Shown here: piece by piece, positions 35,919 to 46,012 of the stretch
How the letters are laid out: each line of letters starts with the position of its first letter
How positions within the stretch are numbered: position 1 is the stretch's first letter
NCBI GenBank assembly: GCA_049652385.1
Contig: JBASDX010000001.1
Coordinates: 28,698 to 92,697 of the forward strand
From: Bacteroidales bacterium
GTDB lineage: Bacteria > Bacteroidota > Bacteroidia > Bacteroidales > UBA932
Direction: 5' to 3'
Length of the DNA: 64,000 nucleotides
Notes under the pieces: model-generated
What the model was told of the DNA's origin: nothing
The model's input: the letters and a program-made list of their open reading frames with translations, nothing else
Database searches by the model: none
Position numbers and translations under genes: made by a program

Positions 35919-38432
35919 TTCGCGTGCCCCGTCTATTACGTATTGCACCCTCTTAATATCTTTGCCTTCTGACCGCTCCAACAAGGCCAGGTGGTCAGCC
36001 AGAGGAGATTGCAACTGACGGAACATAGGTAACATTTTGTGAGCAAGTGTGGTTATTTGCACAAAATTTTCCGCTCGTATGCTTTCTTCCATAACAGCAA
36101 GGCTTTCTGCAGTAGTTGTATAGAAGACATGCAGTACCTGAGAAACAGATTCCAGGTCTGCATCCAGCATACGTCCCATTTCCCGGAGGGAAAACACTTC
36201 ATACGGTACTGCGGTAACATAGGTGTCCAGGATATCTTTCAGCTGTCCCATTAAAAAAGGTTTGGACAAATGTGCTGCAAATCCTTTTTCCATGTAATAA
36301 TGAGTGGGATGCATACCTTCTGCCGTAACGGCAATTACAGGAATATTTTGTTTGGTACGGATGGTTTCCAAAAGAGAAAAACCGTCTTCCCGGGGCATGC
36401 GGATATCGGTCAATACAATATCTACACGCAACGTATTGAGTTTTTCCAATGCCTGTTTTGTTCCCTCTGCCGTTGTTGATAAATGGCCCAACAGGCGCAG
36501 CATTTCCTGAGTAAGGATACGTTGCGAAGCATCGTCATCTACCACAAGCACCCTTAAGGGACCTGTTTTTCCGATGGCAGCCGTTTCTGCGGCGGGCATC
36601 ATGGACTCCCGGATGGCTGCATCTTCCGGGACAGAAACATCATCGGGTATGTGTGCCGGCTTGACGGGAAGGGTTACGCTAAAGGTGCTTCCTCCTTCTT
36701 CGTTGCCAGTGAGCGTAATACTTCCTTTTAATAATTCTACGGTACGTTTTACGATAGACAACCCTAATCCCATTCCTTCTTTTTCCGGTTGCGGTACGTT
36801 GCTCAGCTGGGTAAATTCTTCAAAAATGGCTGACCGGGCTTCCGGAGAAATGCCGATACCGGTATCGTATATAGAGAAAAACAACTCCTTGTCGTCTGCT
36901 GCAGCGTATACATCCACGCGTCCTTTTTCTGTAAATTTTACGGCATTGGAGAGTAAGTTCATGATGATCTGCCGTAAACGCAAAGGGTCTGTCTTTCCGT
37001 AATAATCCTGTGGAATGTCTGTTTTCAGATTCAGGGAGAGCCCTTTTTGACCAGCTACCGGTACAAATACTGCCAGGGCTTCTTCAAAAAATCGTTTTAT
37101 GGGTACAGGTACCGGATTCAGCTGTATTTTCTCGGATTCCAGCCGGTAATATTCCAGCAGATTGGCGAGTAGTTCCATAACATGTTCCGCGGAATGCATC
37201 ATAGGGGTCACATAATCACCTTGCTTTTCCGCGTTGTTCTTTTCCGGCCCCTGGCGCATAAGATCCAAATAGCCTACAATGGAGCTCAGCGGTGCCTTGA
37301 TATCGTGTGTTACGGTCAAAAGCAATTTCTCACGGCTGTTCATAAGGTTTTCGGCCCGGTTTCTGGCTACTTCCAGGTCTTTACGGTATTTACGGCTTTT
37401 GTTGACATCTGCAAAAATGAGGAGCGTAAACAAAAAGATTATAAAGAGAGCTGTGGCACCTAATATAGACAGAGAGGTTCCCGCCTGTTCCAGTGATGCT
37501 CTTCTTGTTTCCAGAGCCCCTGCCGTTGACTGGAACCATTCTTTATTCAGCTCGTCCAGCAGTTTGTTGATTTCCAGATTTAGAGCCCTGTCTGTATCAA
37601 TCAGCTGTTCCAGCCGCATACCTATGATTCTAAGTTGCGTTTGACGTTCCGTTTCTACATAATCCAATACTTCCAGTACGGCTCTTACTACTGTGTCGCG
37701 CCGAGCTGTCGTATAGTGCGTAGTATCCGGTACCGGAGAAATCATACGTACCAGCGAATCTGTGACCGTACGTCTGATTTGTTTAAATTCTGTAATGCTG
37801 TCTTGTAAACGTTGTGGAACGAAGGCTTGTCCCAGCCGTTCAAAAAAGGTGAGTTTGGGGCGTTGTATGGCCGTAACGATAGTATCGTATATGACTTCTT
37901 GCCGGATTACTACCGGGGGAGAGGGGCGGGATGTGACTTCTGTAAGTATCGGTGTCCGGGGTACAGGAGGAAGCGGCGGCAAAGCTCTGTCCACTTTTTG
38001 AACTACCGTTTCTTGCTTGCTGCGTCGAGTCAGTTCTTGCTGCTGACGTGCGATATCCAGAATATTGGTATCCCTGCAAAGCAGCAGGCTGTCGATTTCC
38101 CGGATGATTCTTTTTTGTCGTTTCACGGGAGTGCTCCTCTGGAGTGAATCCAGCAAAGTGTCTACTTTGTGAAGTGCGGAGCGGTATAGGTTGTAGTTAT
38201 CCTCTTTCGGGTCCTGGATAAAACGTGTTCCCAGCCATTCAGCTTCGTACAATAAAGAGATGGTGTTGCTTATGAGCAGGCTGCGCTCCAGGATTTCCTC
38301 ACGACGGTCCTCACTTTGAAACAAAAAGGGATATACGTGTTTGTAAACATACCATCCCGATCCCAGAGCCAGGGCCAGGAGCAAGATGTAACTGAAAACG
38401 ATTTTCAGTTTAAAGCGTGCATCTTGTTTCAT
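35883..38432 (-). CDS. Hybrid sensor histidine kinase (HisKA-HATPase-receiver-HPt-like)
   Basis: 849 aa. Two TM segments flank a long helical region. The H-box is THDIKAPLSS, followed by an ATPase domain. The receiver is RVLVVDDD...TDIRMP. Confidence 0.9.
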   Translation of the reverse strand: MKQDARFKLKIVFSYILLLALALGSGWYVYKHVYPFLFQSEDRREEILERSLLISNTISLLYEAEWLGTRFIQDPKEDNYNLYRSALHKVDTLLDSLQRSTPVKRQKRIIREIDSLLLCRDTNILDIARQQQELTRRSKQETVVQKVDRALPPLPPVPRTPILTEVTSRPSPPVVIRQEVIYDTIVTAIQRPKLTFFERLGQAFVPQRLQDSITEFKQIRRTVTDSLVRMISPVPDTTHYTTARRDTVVRAVLEVLDYVETERQTQLRIIGMRLEQLIDTDRALNLEINKLLDELNKEWFQSTAGALETRRASLEQAGTSLSILGATALFIIFLFTLLIFADVNKSRKYRKDLEVARNRAENLMNSREKLLLTVTHDIKAPLSSIVGYLDLMRQGPEKNNAEKQGDYVTPMMHSAEHVMELLANLLEYYRLESEKIQLNPVPVPIKRFFEEALAVFVPVAGQKGLSLNLKTDIPQDYYGKTDPLRLRQIIMNLLSNAVKFTEKGRVDVYAAADDKELFFSIYDTGIGISPEARSAIFEEFTQLSNVPQPEKEGMGLGLSIVKRTVELLKGSITLTGNEEGGSTFSVTLPVKPAHIPDDVSVPEDAAIRESMMPAAETAAIGKTGPLRVLVVDDDASQRILTQEMLRLLGHLSTTAEGTKQALEKLNTLRVDIVLTDIRMPREDGFSLLETIRTKQNIPVIAVTAEGMHPTHYYMEKGFAAHLSKPFLMGQLKDILDTYVTAVPYEVFSLREMGRMLDADLESVSQVLHVFYTTTAESLAVMEESIRAENFVQITTLAHKMLPMFRQLQSPLADHLALLERSEGKDIKRVQYVIDGARELLHIIELHFIV

Positions 38433-38473
38433 AAGACGAAGTTAAAAAGAAATCCCGGCCGCACAAACAGGTC

Positions 38474-38536
38474 AAATTGGGGAATTTTTCCCCAATTTAA
38501 CACTAACATTCCCCACGTTGCCCATGTTTTTCCCCA
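38474..38536. promoter_or_regulatory. TTCCCCA repeat array: 25-bp palindrome AAATTGGGGAA-ttt-TTCCCCAATTT plus two more TTCCCCA copies, phased at 21 bp
   Basis: TTCCCCA starts at 38488, 38509 and 38530. An inverted copy lies at 38478-38484. The array is 42-100 bp upstream of the kinase start. Confidence 0.5.
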
Positions 38537-38734
38537 TTTTTAAAGAGCGGTTATCTGATACTGATTTGGCAAAATGGCAGATACGGTTGATTAACAGGAA
38601 TTTGAAAAAACACCTTGTCGTTTTTTGTTAATGTAAAGAATTTGTGGAATGGTATTTGGGTTAAATAATATACGAAAGGCTGTAGTGAGCGCGGAAAATT
38701 TTTCATGCAAACAAAAGATAGGTCACGCGCCACA

Positions 38735-38772
38735 AAATAAAATGAGGACGAAAAAAAGCGTCCTCATTTTAT
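38735..38772. terminator. Bidirectional hairpin terminator downstream of cysS
   Basis: AAAATGAGGACG-aaaaaaag-CGTCCTCATTTT. Confidence 0.65.
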
Positions 38773-38787
38773 ATATAAGTCCAACCC

Positions 38788-40257
38788 TTACATTTCCCAT
38801 TCCGTTCCGTCCGGCGTATCTTTAATTTGAATGCCCAGGTCAGCAAGTTTATTTCTGATGAAATCTGAAGTAGTCCAATCTTTTTGTGTTCTTGCCCGGG
38901 TGCGGAAATCCAGTACCATCTCTACCAGTTCCTCAACAACAGGCATTTGGTTTTGATCCTTCTCCTGCTCCAGGCCCAAAATGTTGTTGACCACGCGTTG
39001 GTACAAACGTTCGGCCGTTTTTTTGTCAATTGGAGCAATGGGTTTTCCCGTTTGTGCCGAGGTGTGGATCCATGTTACCATTTCAAAAAGTGCAGCCAGG
39101 GCTACGGGTGTGTTTAAGTCGTCACAAAGGGCTTTGTAAATTCGTTCTTCCAGGTTATGCATCAAGGGAGAAGGTGCTGCTTGCGGGTCAGTAGGTAGTT
39201 TTTGCAACTGATCATACCCTCTGAAGAGCCTCTTAAGTCCCGCTCCTGCAGCTACCAGAGCCTGATTGCTGAAATCAAGCGGACCCCTGTAGTGGGCTTG
39301 CAGGATGAAGAAACGGACAGTCATGGGGTGAAAAGCCCGGGAAAGAAGCGGATGACTGCCGCTGAAAACTTCTTCCAGCGTGATAAAATTTCCCAAAGAC
39401 TTGCCCATTTTTTGACCGTTTATGGTAATCAGGTTGTTGTGCATCCAATACCGGATGCTGTCTTTACCACGTGTTACGGTATTCTGGGCCAATTCACATT
39501 CATGGTGAGGAAAGAGCAGATCCATGCCACCGCCATGGATATCAAATACCTGCCCCAGGTATTTGGAACTCATGACGGAACATTCCAGGTGCCAGCCCGG
39601 AAAACCTTCGCCCCAAGGTGAGGGCCAACGCATAATGTGCTCGGGAGCTGCTTTTTTCCATAGGGCAAAATCGTAAGGTGAACGTTTGTCTTCACCGCCT
39701 TCCAGAGCTCTGGTTTGTACGTGCAAATCTTCTAAAATCCTTCCGGAGAGTATACCGTAGTTGTGCTTTTTACTGTATGCATCAATATCAAAATAAACAG
39801 AACCGTTGACTTCATAGGCCATGCCTGCATCCAGGATTTGCTGCACCATGGCAATCTGTTCTGTTATATGGCCGGAAGCTCTGGGCTCGATAGATGGCGG
39901 AAGGGTATTGAGCTGTTCCATGGCCTTGTGATACCGGATGGTGTAATGTTGTACAATTTCCATGGGCTCCAATTGTTCCAGGCGGGCTTTTTTGGCAATC
40001 TTATCTTCTCCTTCATCAGCGTCGCTTTCCATATGCCCTACATCAGTGATGTTACGTACGTAACGGACTTTGTAGCCCAGGTCTTTCAAAAGCCTTACAA
40101 AAACATCGTATACCACACCGGGTCGTGCATGCCCCAGATGCGGATCTCCGTACACGGTGGGACCGCAAACGTACAGTCCCACGTGTCCGGGCACCAGTGG
40201 TTCAAATTTTTCTTTTTTTCTTGTAAGTGTGTTATAAATAAAGATTTCGTGCGGCAT
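38788..40257 (-). CDS. cysS: Cysteine--tRNA ligase
   Basis: 489 aa. The HIGH motif is PHLGHARP and the KMSKS motif is QKMGKSLGN. Confidence 0.95.
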   Translation of the reverse strand: MPHEIFIYNTLTRKKEKFEPLVPGHVGLYVCGPTVYGDPHLGHARPGVVYDVFVRLLKDLGYKVRYVRNITDVGHMESDADEGEDKIAKKARLEQLEPMEIVQHYTIRYHKAMEQLNTLPPSIEPRASGHITEQIAMVQQILDAGMAYEVNGSVYFDIDAYSKKHNYGILSGRILEDLHVQTRALEGGEDKRSPYDFALWKKAAPEHIMRWPSPWGEGFPGWHLECSVMSSKYLGQVFDIHGGGMDLLFPHHECELAQNTVTRGKDSIRYWMHNNLITINGQKMGKSLGNFITLEEVFSGSHPLLSRAFHPMTVRFFILQAHYRGPLDFSNQALVAAGAGLKRLFRGYDQLQKLPTDPQAAPSPLMHNLEERIYKALCDDLNTPVALAALFEMVTWIHTSAQTGKPIAPIDKKTAERLYQRVVNNILGLEQEKDQNQMPVVEELVEMVLDFRTRARTQKDWTTSDFIRNKLADLGIQIKDTPDGTEWEM

Positions 40258-40310
40258 AGTGTGTTGTTTGTGAAACTACAAATGTAGTGATTTTTATTCG
40301 GACCTTTTTA

Positions 40311-40643
40311 TCAGTCCGGGGTTGCCTCTTTGAGTGTTTGTGCCAAAATTTCCTGAAAATGTTTAGTTTGCCCGTCCTTTTCGTACACACTCGTACGGAT
40401 TCGTCCGGTGACGTAAAGACGGGTTCCCTTTTTTACTTTGTCAAAAGGAAGGATGTCTTTTCCCTCCCAGGCAACAACTTTGTGCCATGTGGTTTCTTCT
40501 TTTAGTGCACCATCGGCCAGGCGGATGATTTCACCGGTAGCCAGGCTGAAATTCATGACTTTTCTTCCTTCTTCCGATTGTCCAATTCTGGGATCTGCAC
40601 CTACTCGTCCCAGCAATTCTACTTTGTTAATTGATAATTCCAT
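40311..40643 (-). CDS. ssb: Short single-stranded DNA-binding protein (OB fold only)
   Basis: 110 aa. NKVELLGRVGADPR...TTWHKVVAW...G..LYV.GRIRT. Has no Gly/Pro-rich linker and no acidic C-terminal tip. Confidence 0.7.
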   Translation of the reverse strand: MELSINKVELLGRVGADPRIGQSEEGRKVMNFSLATGEIIRLADGALKEETTWHKVVAWEGKDILPFDKVKKGTRLYVTGRIRTSVYEKDGQTKHFQEILAQTLKEATPD

Positions 40644-40739
40644 ACATACAGGTATTTAAATGTTTGTGATTCAAACGTAACCCGTTTATATGAGAATAAT
40701 CGGACAAAATGGATAAAAAGCTGTAAAGCGTCTTTTCTG

Positions 40740-42821
40740 TTATTTTAAATACTTGTCCAGAAAATCAAAAAACACCCGGTTCCAAAGCATGTTGTTCTGG
40801 GGTTTCAGTATCCAGTGGTTTTCATCGGGGAATAACAGCATTTTAGCCGGGACACCGTTGAGCCTGGCAGCATTGAAGGCGGCCATCGCCTGGTCAACCG
40901 GCACGCGGTAATCCAGTTCTCCATGGGTAATGAGAATGGGTCTGTCCCAGTTTTGCACGCCTTTGTGTGGAGAAAGTGCATAATGCCGTAGGGCTACCGG
41001 ATTCGTGTCCCAGGGAGCTCCTCCGTTATCCCAGTGCGGAAACCAGACTTCTTCAGTAGTCATGTACATGTGCTCCTGGTTAAAGATACCGGCATGAGCA
41101 ATGAAGGCGGCAAACCGTTCTTTATGATATCCGGCAAGCTGGAAGATGGAATAACCTCCATAACTGGCACCTACAGCGCCAATACGGTTACCGTCCACGA
41201 ACGGTTCACGTTTCATGTGGTCTACGGCGCTCAGGTAATCCTGCATGTTTTGTCCCGGGTAATCTCCACTGATTTGTTCCGTCCATTCTTTTCCAAACGC
41301 AGTAGTACCTCTGCGGTTGGGCAGGAGGACAATATAACCGTTGGCAGCAATCAATTGATGGCACCAGCGGTAAGACCAGCTTTGGGAGAGAGTAGATTGA
41401 GGCCCTCCTGTACAGAACAGGATGACCGGATATTTTTCTTTGGGGTTGAAATGCGGCGGATAGACAACCCAGGTAAGCATTTTTTTATGATCTGTTGTAG
41501 TAACCCAACGTTCTTCCACACGACCCAAAGTCAGTGCATCCAAAAGGTGTTTGTTTTCATGGGACAATTGCGTGTAGGCTCCTGTCACAGGGTTTATGGA
41601 AACCACTTCTGTTGGCATGGACAGCGATACATAAGTCCCAATGAGTTGTTCCTCTCCGGATGGGCCCGGTGTTACCTGAACGGGTCCGCAATCGTACAAA
41701 CCGTTAGTGATTTGTCTGATTTTTCCGGTTGTCAGATCAAGCGCAAATACATGTCGCACACCTTCTGACAAAGAAATAAAGTACAGCCCTTTGCCATCCG
41801 GCATCCAGGCAGCCTGGTCCACATTGTAACGGAAACGGGCTGTCAAGTCTTTGATGGAACCGTCTTTGAAGCTATAAAGCATCAATCGGCTTTTATCGGC
41901 TTCGTAGCCGTCACGCTCCATGCTGTTCCATACCAGATAGGTACCACAGGGAGAAAAGACGGGAGCTGTATCGTATCCCATCATACCTTCGCTCAGGTTG
42001 ACCTCTTCATCTGTTTCCAGGTTGCGCAGGTAAATATCAGTATTGGTAGATACTGCATAAGCGGCACCTGTCAATTTACGGCAAGAGTAAGCAACGCTTT
42101 TGCCGTCAGGACTCCAGCTCAGCTCTTCCATACCTCCAAAAGGCAACGTGGGCAATTCATAAGGCAATCCTTCCAGCAGGTCTTTTTCTTGACTTACGGA
42201 CGTACCGTCAAAAGAGGCGACGAACGTATGGGGGATTTCTTCTACAAAACCATCCCAGTGGCGGTACATTAAATCGTCAATGATACGCCCCGTAGCCTTA
42301 TCCAACGAAGGGTCAAGGTCCGTCGGACGTGTTCCGGCCGGCACATACGATATGTATAGGATTTTATCTTTGGCGGGGGAGAGACTGAAACCGGCCAAAG
42401 CGCGTTCCGTTCCTTTTATTTGTTTTCTTCCCGCTCCGTCGGCCCGCATAGTCCATAATTTCCCTTGATTTAAAAATAAGATGTGGTCGTTATCCAGCCA
42501 GCGGGCATTTGATTCGTTTTCCGGTGTAAAGGTAATTTGGCGGCTATGGCTGCCGTCAATATCCATGACAAAGAGTTCTCTGTTGCTCTTGTTTTGTGCT
42601 ACGGAAATATAACTCACGCCGTAGACTATTTTTTTTCCGTCCGGAGAAACCTGCGGATCCGATACACGTCCAAAGCTGTTGAGGACGGATGCGTTCAATA
42701 AGTCGTCTTCCGGAATGGCGGTACTTTTTCCTATTAAAGGAGTTTGTGATTTGCTCCCGTTACAACCGTTTAAGGCAAGGGAGCCGGCAATGACCATAAG
42801 TAAAAAAAGTTTTCTGTTCAT
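40740..42821 (-). CDS. S9-family serine peptidase (beta-propeller + alpha/beta hydrolase)
   Basis: 693 aa with a lipoprotein signal. The nucleophile elbow is GASYGGY. Confidence 0.85.
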   Translation of the reverse strand: MNRKLFLLMVIAGSLALNGCNGSKSQTPLIGKSTAIPEDDLLNASVLNSFGRVSDPQVSPDGKKIVYGVSYISVAQNKSNRELFVMDIDGSHSRQITFTPENESNARWLDNDHILFLNQGKLWTMRADGAGRKQIKGTERALAGFSLSPAKDKILYISYVPAGTRPTDLDPSLDKATGRIIDDLMYRHWDGFVEEIPHTFVASFDGTSVSQEKDLLEGLPYELPTLPFGGMEELSWSPDGKSVAYSCRKLTGAAYAVSTNTDIYLRNLETDEEVNLSEGMMGYDTAPVFSPCGTYLVWNSMERDGYEADKSRLMLYSFKDGSIKDLTARFRYNVDQAAWMPDGKGLYFISLSEGVRHVFALDLTTGKIRQITNGLYDCGPVQVTPGPSGEEQLIGTYVSLSMPTEVVSINPVTGAYTQLSHENKHLLDALTLGRVEERWVTTTDHKKMLTWVVYPPHFNPKEKYPVILFCTGGPQSTLSQSWSYRWCHQLIAANGYIVLLPNRRGTTAFGKEWTEQISGDYPGQNMQDYLSAVDHMKREPFVDGNRIGAVGASYGGYSIFQLAGYHKERFAAFIAHAGIFNQEHMYMTTEEVWFPHWDNGGAPWDTNPVALRHYALSPHKGVQNWDRPILITHGELDYRVPVDQAMAAFNAARLNGVPAKMLLFPDENHWILKPQNNMLWNRVFFDFLDKYLK

Positions 42822-42892
42822 AACATGGGTTTTTAGGTCTTCAAAATTAACGAATTGTTTGTAAGTTTGGGAAATCTTTAAAGAAATACATA

Positions 42893-43804
42893 ATGAAACG
42901 TTTATTGAGCAGTATATTAATCTGTGTGTCGCTTACGTTACAAGCCCAACATATAACATTGGTGTTCAACCCGGCAGAAGGAGCTGAATATCCGATATCT
43001 TTAACAGTAAATCAATACACCACATTGCGTGTTCCCATGATGGGAGATATGACAACACAGACCGACCAGGAATTTAAAGCCGTGCTTACGCTGGATGAAA
43101 AAACAGAACAAGGGTATTTAATGGACGTTCGTCTGACACACCTCTACATTCGTTCCTCTGCCCAAGGCCAGTCACAGGAGTACGATTCAGAAGGAGAAGA
43201 TGTGAAAAGCCAGGCCATCAAATCTGTCATGGCACAATCTTTCAAAGTGGTAGCGTCTTCTTTGGGAGAAGTGGTGGAAGTCTTGCCGTTGCCGGAAGAT
43301 TTTTTCCATACGGCAGATAGTATTCTGGCCACCCAGTATGCACGTAGAAAGCGGAATGCCACATTGGATGAAATCAAAGCCATTTTAAACAGTCAGACTA
43401 TTAAAAGTATAGTACAGGCAGGGTTGACTAAGTTTCCCGACAAGACTTTGGCTGTACCATCCGTTTGGACAGAAGATGATAAAAACGAAGAAATGGGGGT
43501 ACTGGTCACAACCCAACTACGGTTAACGGCTGTAGAGGAGGGCAAAGCGTATTTAACGGCACAGGCAGTAGTCATGCCTGATCCCAATGCCAAAAAGAAA
43601 GATGCTCCGCAGCGCATGGAGAATATTACCGGAAACGGACAAGCTGCTACTACAGTAGATATTGATAGCGGGTGGGTGATAGTGAGTGAAGGAACACAGA
43701 ATCTGAAGGGAGATTTGGTAGTAGAGCAGGGCGGAATGGTTCAAACCATAGACCTGGCTATGGAGATAAAGACTACGGTGGTTGCTACTGAAAGTAAACC
43801 GTAA
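42893..43804 (+). CDS. Hypothetical secreted protein
   Basis: 303 aa. Signal peptide ends LQAQ. No recognisable motif. Confidence 0.5.
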   Translation: MKRLLSSILICVSLTLQAQHITLVFNPAEGAEYPISLTVNQYTTLRVPMMGDMTTQTDQEFKAVLTLDEKTEQGYLMDVRLTHLYIRSSAQGQSQEYDSEGEDVKSQAIKSVMAQSFKVVASSLGEVVEVLPLPEDFFHTADSILATQYARRKRNATLDEIKAILNSQTIKSIVQAGLTKFPDKTLAVPSVWTEDDKNEEMGVLVTTQLRLTAVEEGKAYLTAQAVVMPDPNAKKKDAPQRMENITGNGQAATTVDIDSGWVIVSEGTQNLKGDLVVEQGGMVQTIDLAMEIKTTVVATESKP

Positions 43805-44303
43805 TTATTAAGTCTGTATCATTGGTGTACATACCTGACGCTTGGTTGGCATTAACCTGTAAAGTTGCTCCTACAGTCACTGTAATTTTTCCGTCGTTTC
43901 CCAGTTGTCCGCTGCCGGGATGAACTCCAAAGCCACTGACAGTCATGGTGTGGTTTTGGGGACTCTTAAGGGTGATGGAGGCTGGCAGGTTACTAATGGA
44001 AAAAGACTGACCGGCGCCTCCGATTATTTCAAATCGGGCTGCGCTAAAAACGGTGCCAAATACACTCACATTGCCGGTGGTACTGCGATTTCCACTGGTA
44101 TTAATGATTACGGAACCGCTTCCCTGAGGGATTATATTCCCAAAAAACAAATCGGTTAATTTTGTTACTTCTGTAATTTCTACTAAAGTAATAGAAGCAT
44201 CCCCTGAAGTTCCGCCCGAAGTTTGACCTTGCGCCAGAGCAACAGTAAAAGAAGAAAAACCCGTTAAAAAGGCAATAGCAAGAAAAATTTTTAAAGTCTT
44301 CAT
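43785..44303 (-). CDS. Orphan DUF4402/SCPU-like secreted subunit
   Basis: The start was set at MKTLKIFLAIAFL. Contains LFFGNI and the C-terminus GMYTNDTDLIITVYFQ. Confidence 0.55.
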   Translation of the reverse strand: MKTLKIFLAIAFLTGFSSFTVALAQGQTSGGTSGDASITLVEITEVTKLTDLFFGNIIPQGSGSVIINTSGNRSTTGNVSVFGTVFSAARFEIIGGAGQSFSISNLPASITLKSPQNHTMTVSGFGVHPGSGQLGNDGKITVTVGATLQVNANQASGMYTNDTDLIITVYFQ

Positions 44304-44497
44304 AGCGAATGGTTTTTCTTTAACAATCACAAAATTATCTATTTTAGTACAAAAACCAAACCAGGTTCTACATACACCCTTTATTGCTCAGCAAAATGGG
44401 GTTATTTCGTAATATGAAATAAATTTTTTTACTTTGTTGCTTGCAAAGTTTTTAAAATTTTGCATTTGAACTACATTTATTAACTAATTATTTAATT

Positions 44498-44743
44498 ATG
44501 GCAGTTAACATTGAAGAAAAAGTTAAGCAGATTATCGTGGATAAACTGGGTGCGGACGAAAGCGAAGTAACCCCCGAAGCTAACTTTACAAACGATTTAG
44601 GTGCGGATTCTTTGGATACCGTAGAATTGATTATGGAATTTGAAGAAGCTTTCGGCATCAACATCCCGGACGAAGCCGCTGAGAAAATTTCCACAGTAGG
44701 CGACGCCATCAAGTACATTGAAGATAACGTTAAAGCCGAATAA
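44498..44743 (+). CDS. acpP: Acyl carrier protein
   Basis: 81 aa with the [13 protein letters not shown] phosphopantetheine site. Confidence 0.95.
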   Translation: MAVNIEEKVKQIIVDKLGADESEVTPEANFTNDLGADSLDTVELIMEFEEAFGINIPDEAAEKISTVGDAIKYIEDNVKAE

Positions 44744-44758
44744 TTAACCAAAACCAAC

Positions 44759-46012
44759 ATGAAACTGAAACGGGTGGTCATTACCGGAATAGGCACCATA
44801 AATCCTTTGGGGCATAACGTGCCGGAATATTTTGACAGCCTGATAGCCGGTACATCCGGCGCCGGTTTGATTACCCGTTTTGATACTCAGAAATTTAAAA
44901 CACGTTTTGCCTGCGAAATCAAAGATTACGACCCGGAGAAATTCGGAATCGATAAAAAAGAAGCCCGCAGGAATGACTTGTTTGCACAATACGCTTTTAT
45001 TGCGGCCGACGAAGCCATCCGCGACAGCGGTTTGGATTTGGAGGCCATTGATAAAGACAGAGTTGGGGTAATAGTAGGATCGGGCATTGGCGGTGTGGAA
45101 ACCTTGATGAAAGAACTCCGTCAGTTTTACGCCGGAGGCATGGAACCCCGGTTTAGCCCTTTTCTGGTTCCCATGATGATTCCCGATATCGCATCGGGTC
45201 TTTTATCCATGAAATACGGCTTTCAAGGCCCCAACTACGCCACCGTATCTGCTTGCTCCACATCTAACCACGCCATGAGCGACGCTTTTACGCTCATCCG
45301 CCTGGGAAAAGCAGACATTGTGGTTACGGGAGGGTCAGAGGCTCCCATCCACGAGGCCGGTATAGGCGGATTTAATGCGGCCAGAGCCATTTCCACCAAC
45401 AACGAAGAGTACCTGACAGCCTCACGTCCGTTTGATAAAACGCGTGATGGTTTTGTTATGGGAGAAGGGGCCGGTGTTTTGATTTTTGAAGAGTATGAAC
45501 ATGCCAGGCGCCGGGGTGCTAAAATATATGCCGAGTTGGGTGGTTGCGGCATGACGGCCGATGCCTACCATATTACGGCTCCCCATCCCGATGGTAAAGG
45601 AGCACGCAGGGTTATGGAATTGGCCATTGAAGAAGCGGGTTTGAAACCTGCCGACGTGGATTATATCAACCTGCACGGAACTGCCACGCCTCTTGGGGAT
45701 GTGGTGGAAGCCAGGGCCATCAATACGCTTTTTGGAGACCATGCTTATAAGATGCACTTGAGTTCCACCAAATCGATGGCCGGCCATGCTTTGGGGGCTA
45801 CGGGAGCTCTGGAAATCCTGGCTTGTATTTGTGCCATGGAGCGTGGTATGGTGCCGCCTACCATAAACTTCAAAGAAGAAGATCCCGACATAGATTACAA
45901 ACTGAATTTCACGTTCAACCAGGCTCAGGAAAGAGAAGTACGTGTGGCCATTTCCAACACATTTGGGTTTGGAGGCCATAATTCCAGCTTGTTGATAAAA
46001 AAACCGGAATAA
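44759..46012 (+). CDS. fabF: Beta-ketoacyl-ACP synthase II
   Basis: 417 aa. The active-site Cys is in VSACSTSNHA. Also has HGTATPLGD and the C-terminal GFGGHN. Confidence 0.95.
   Translation: MKLKRVVITGIGTINPLGHNVPEYFDSLIAGTSGAGLITRFDTQKFKTRFACEIKDYDPEKFGIDKKEARRNDLFAQYAFIAADEAIRDSGLDLEAIDKDRVGVIVGSGIGGVETLMKELRQFYAGGMEPRFSPFLVPMMIPDIASGLLSMKYGFQGPNYATVSACSTSNHAMSDAFTLIRLGKADIVVTGGSEAPIHEAGIGGFNAARAISTNNEEYLTASRPFDKTRDGFVMGEGAGVLIFEEYEHARRRGAKIYAELGGCGMTADAYHITAPHPDGKGARRVMELAIEEAGLKPADVDYINLHGTATPLGDVVEARAINTLFGDHAYKMHLSSTKSMAGHALGATGALEILACICAMERGMVPPTINFKEEDPDIDYKLNFTFNQAQEREVRVAISNTFGFGGHNSSLLIKKPE

Noticed and set aside
38551-38733. 60-aa ORF between the kinase gene and cysS
   Set aside because: It has no start context and low-complexity, odd composition. 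It lies in a regulatory gap and has no similarity to anything I recognise.
41034-41768. 244-aa plus-strand ORF
   Set aside because: It is antisense to the S9 peptidase gene and has no motifs.
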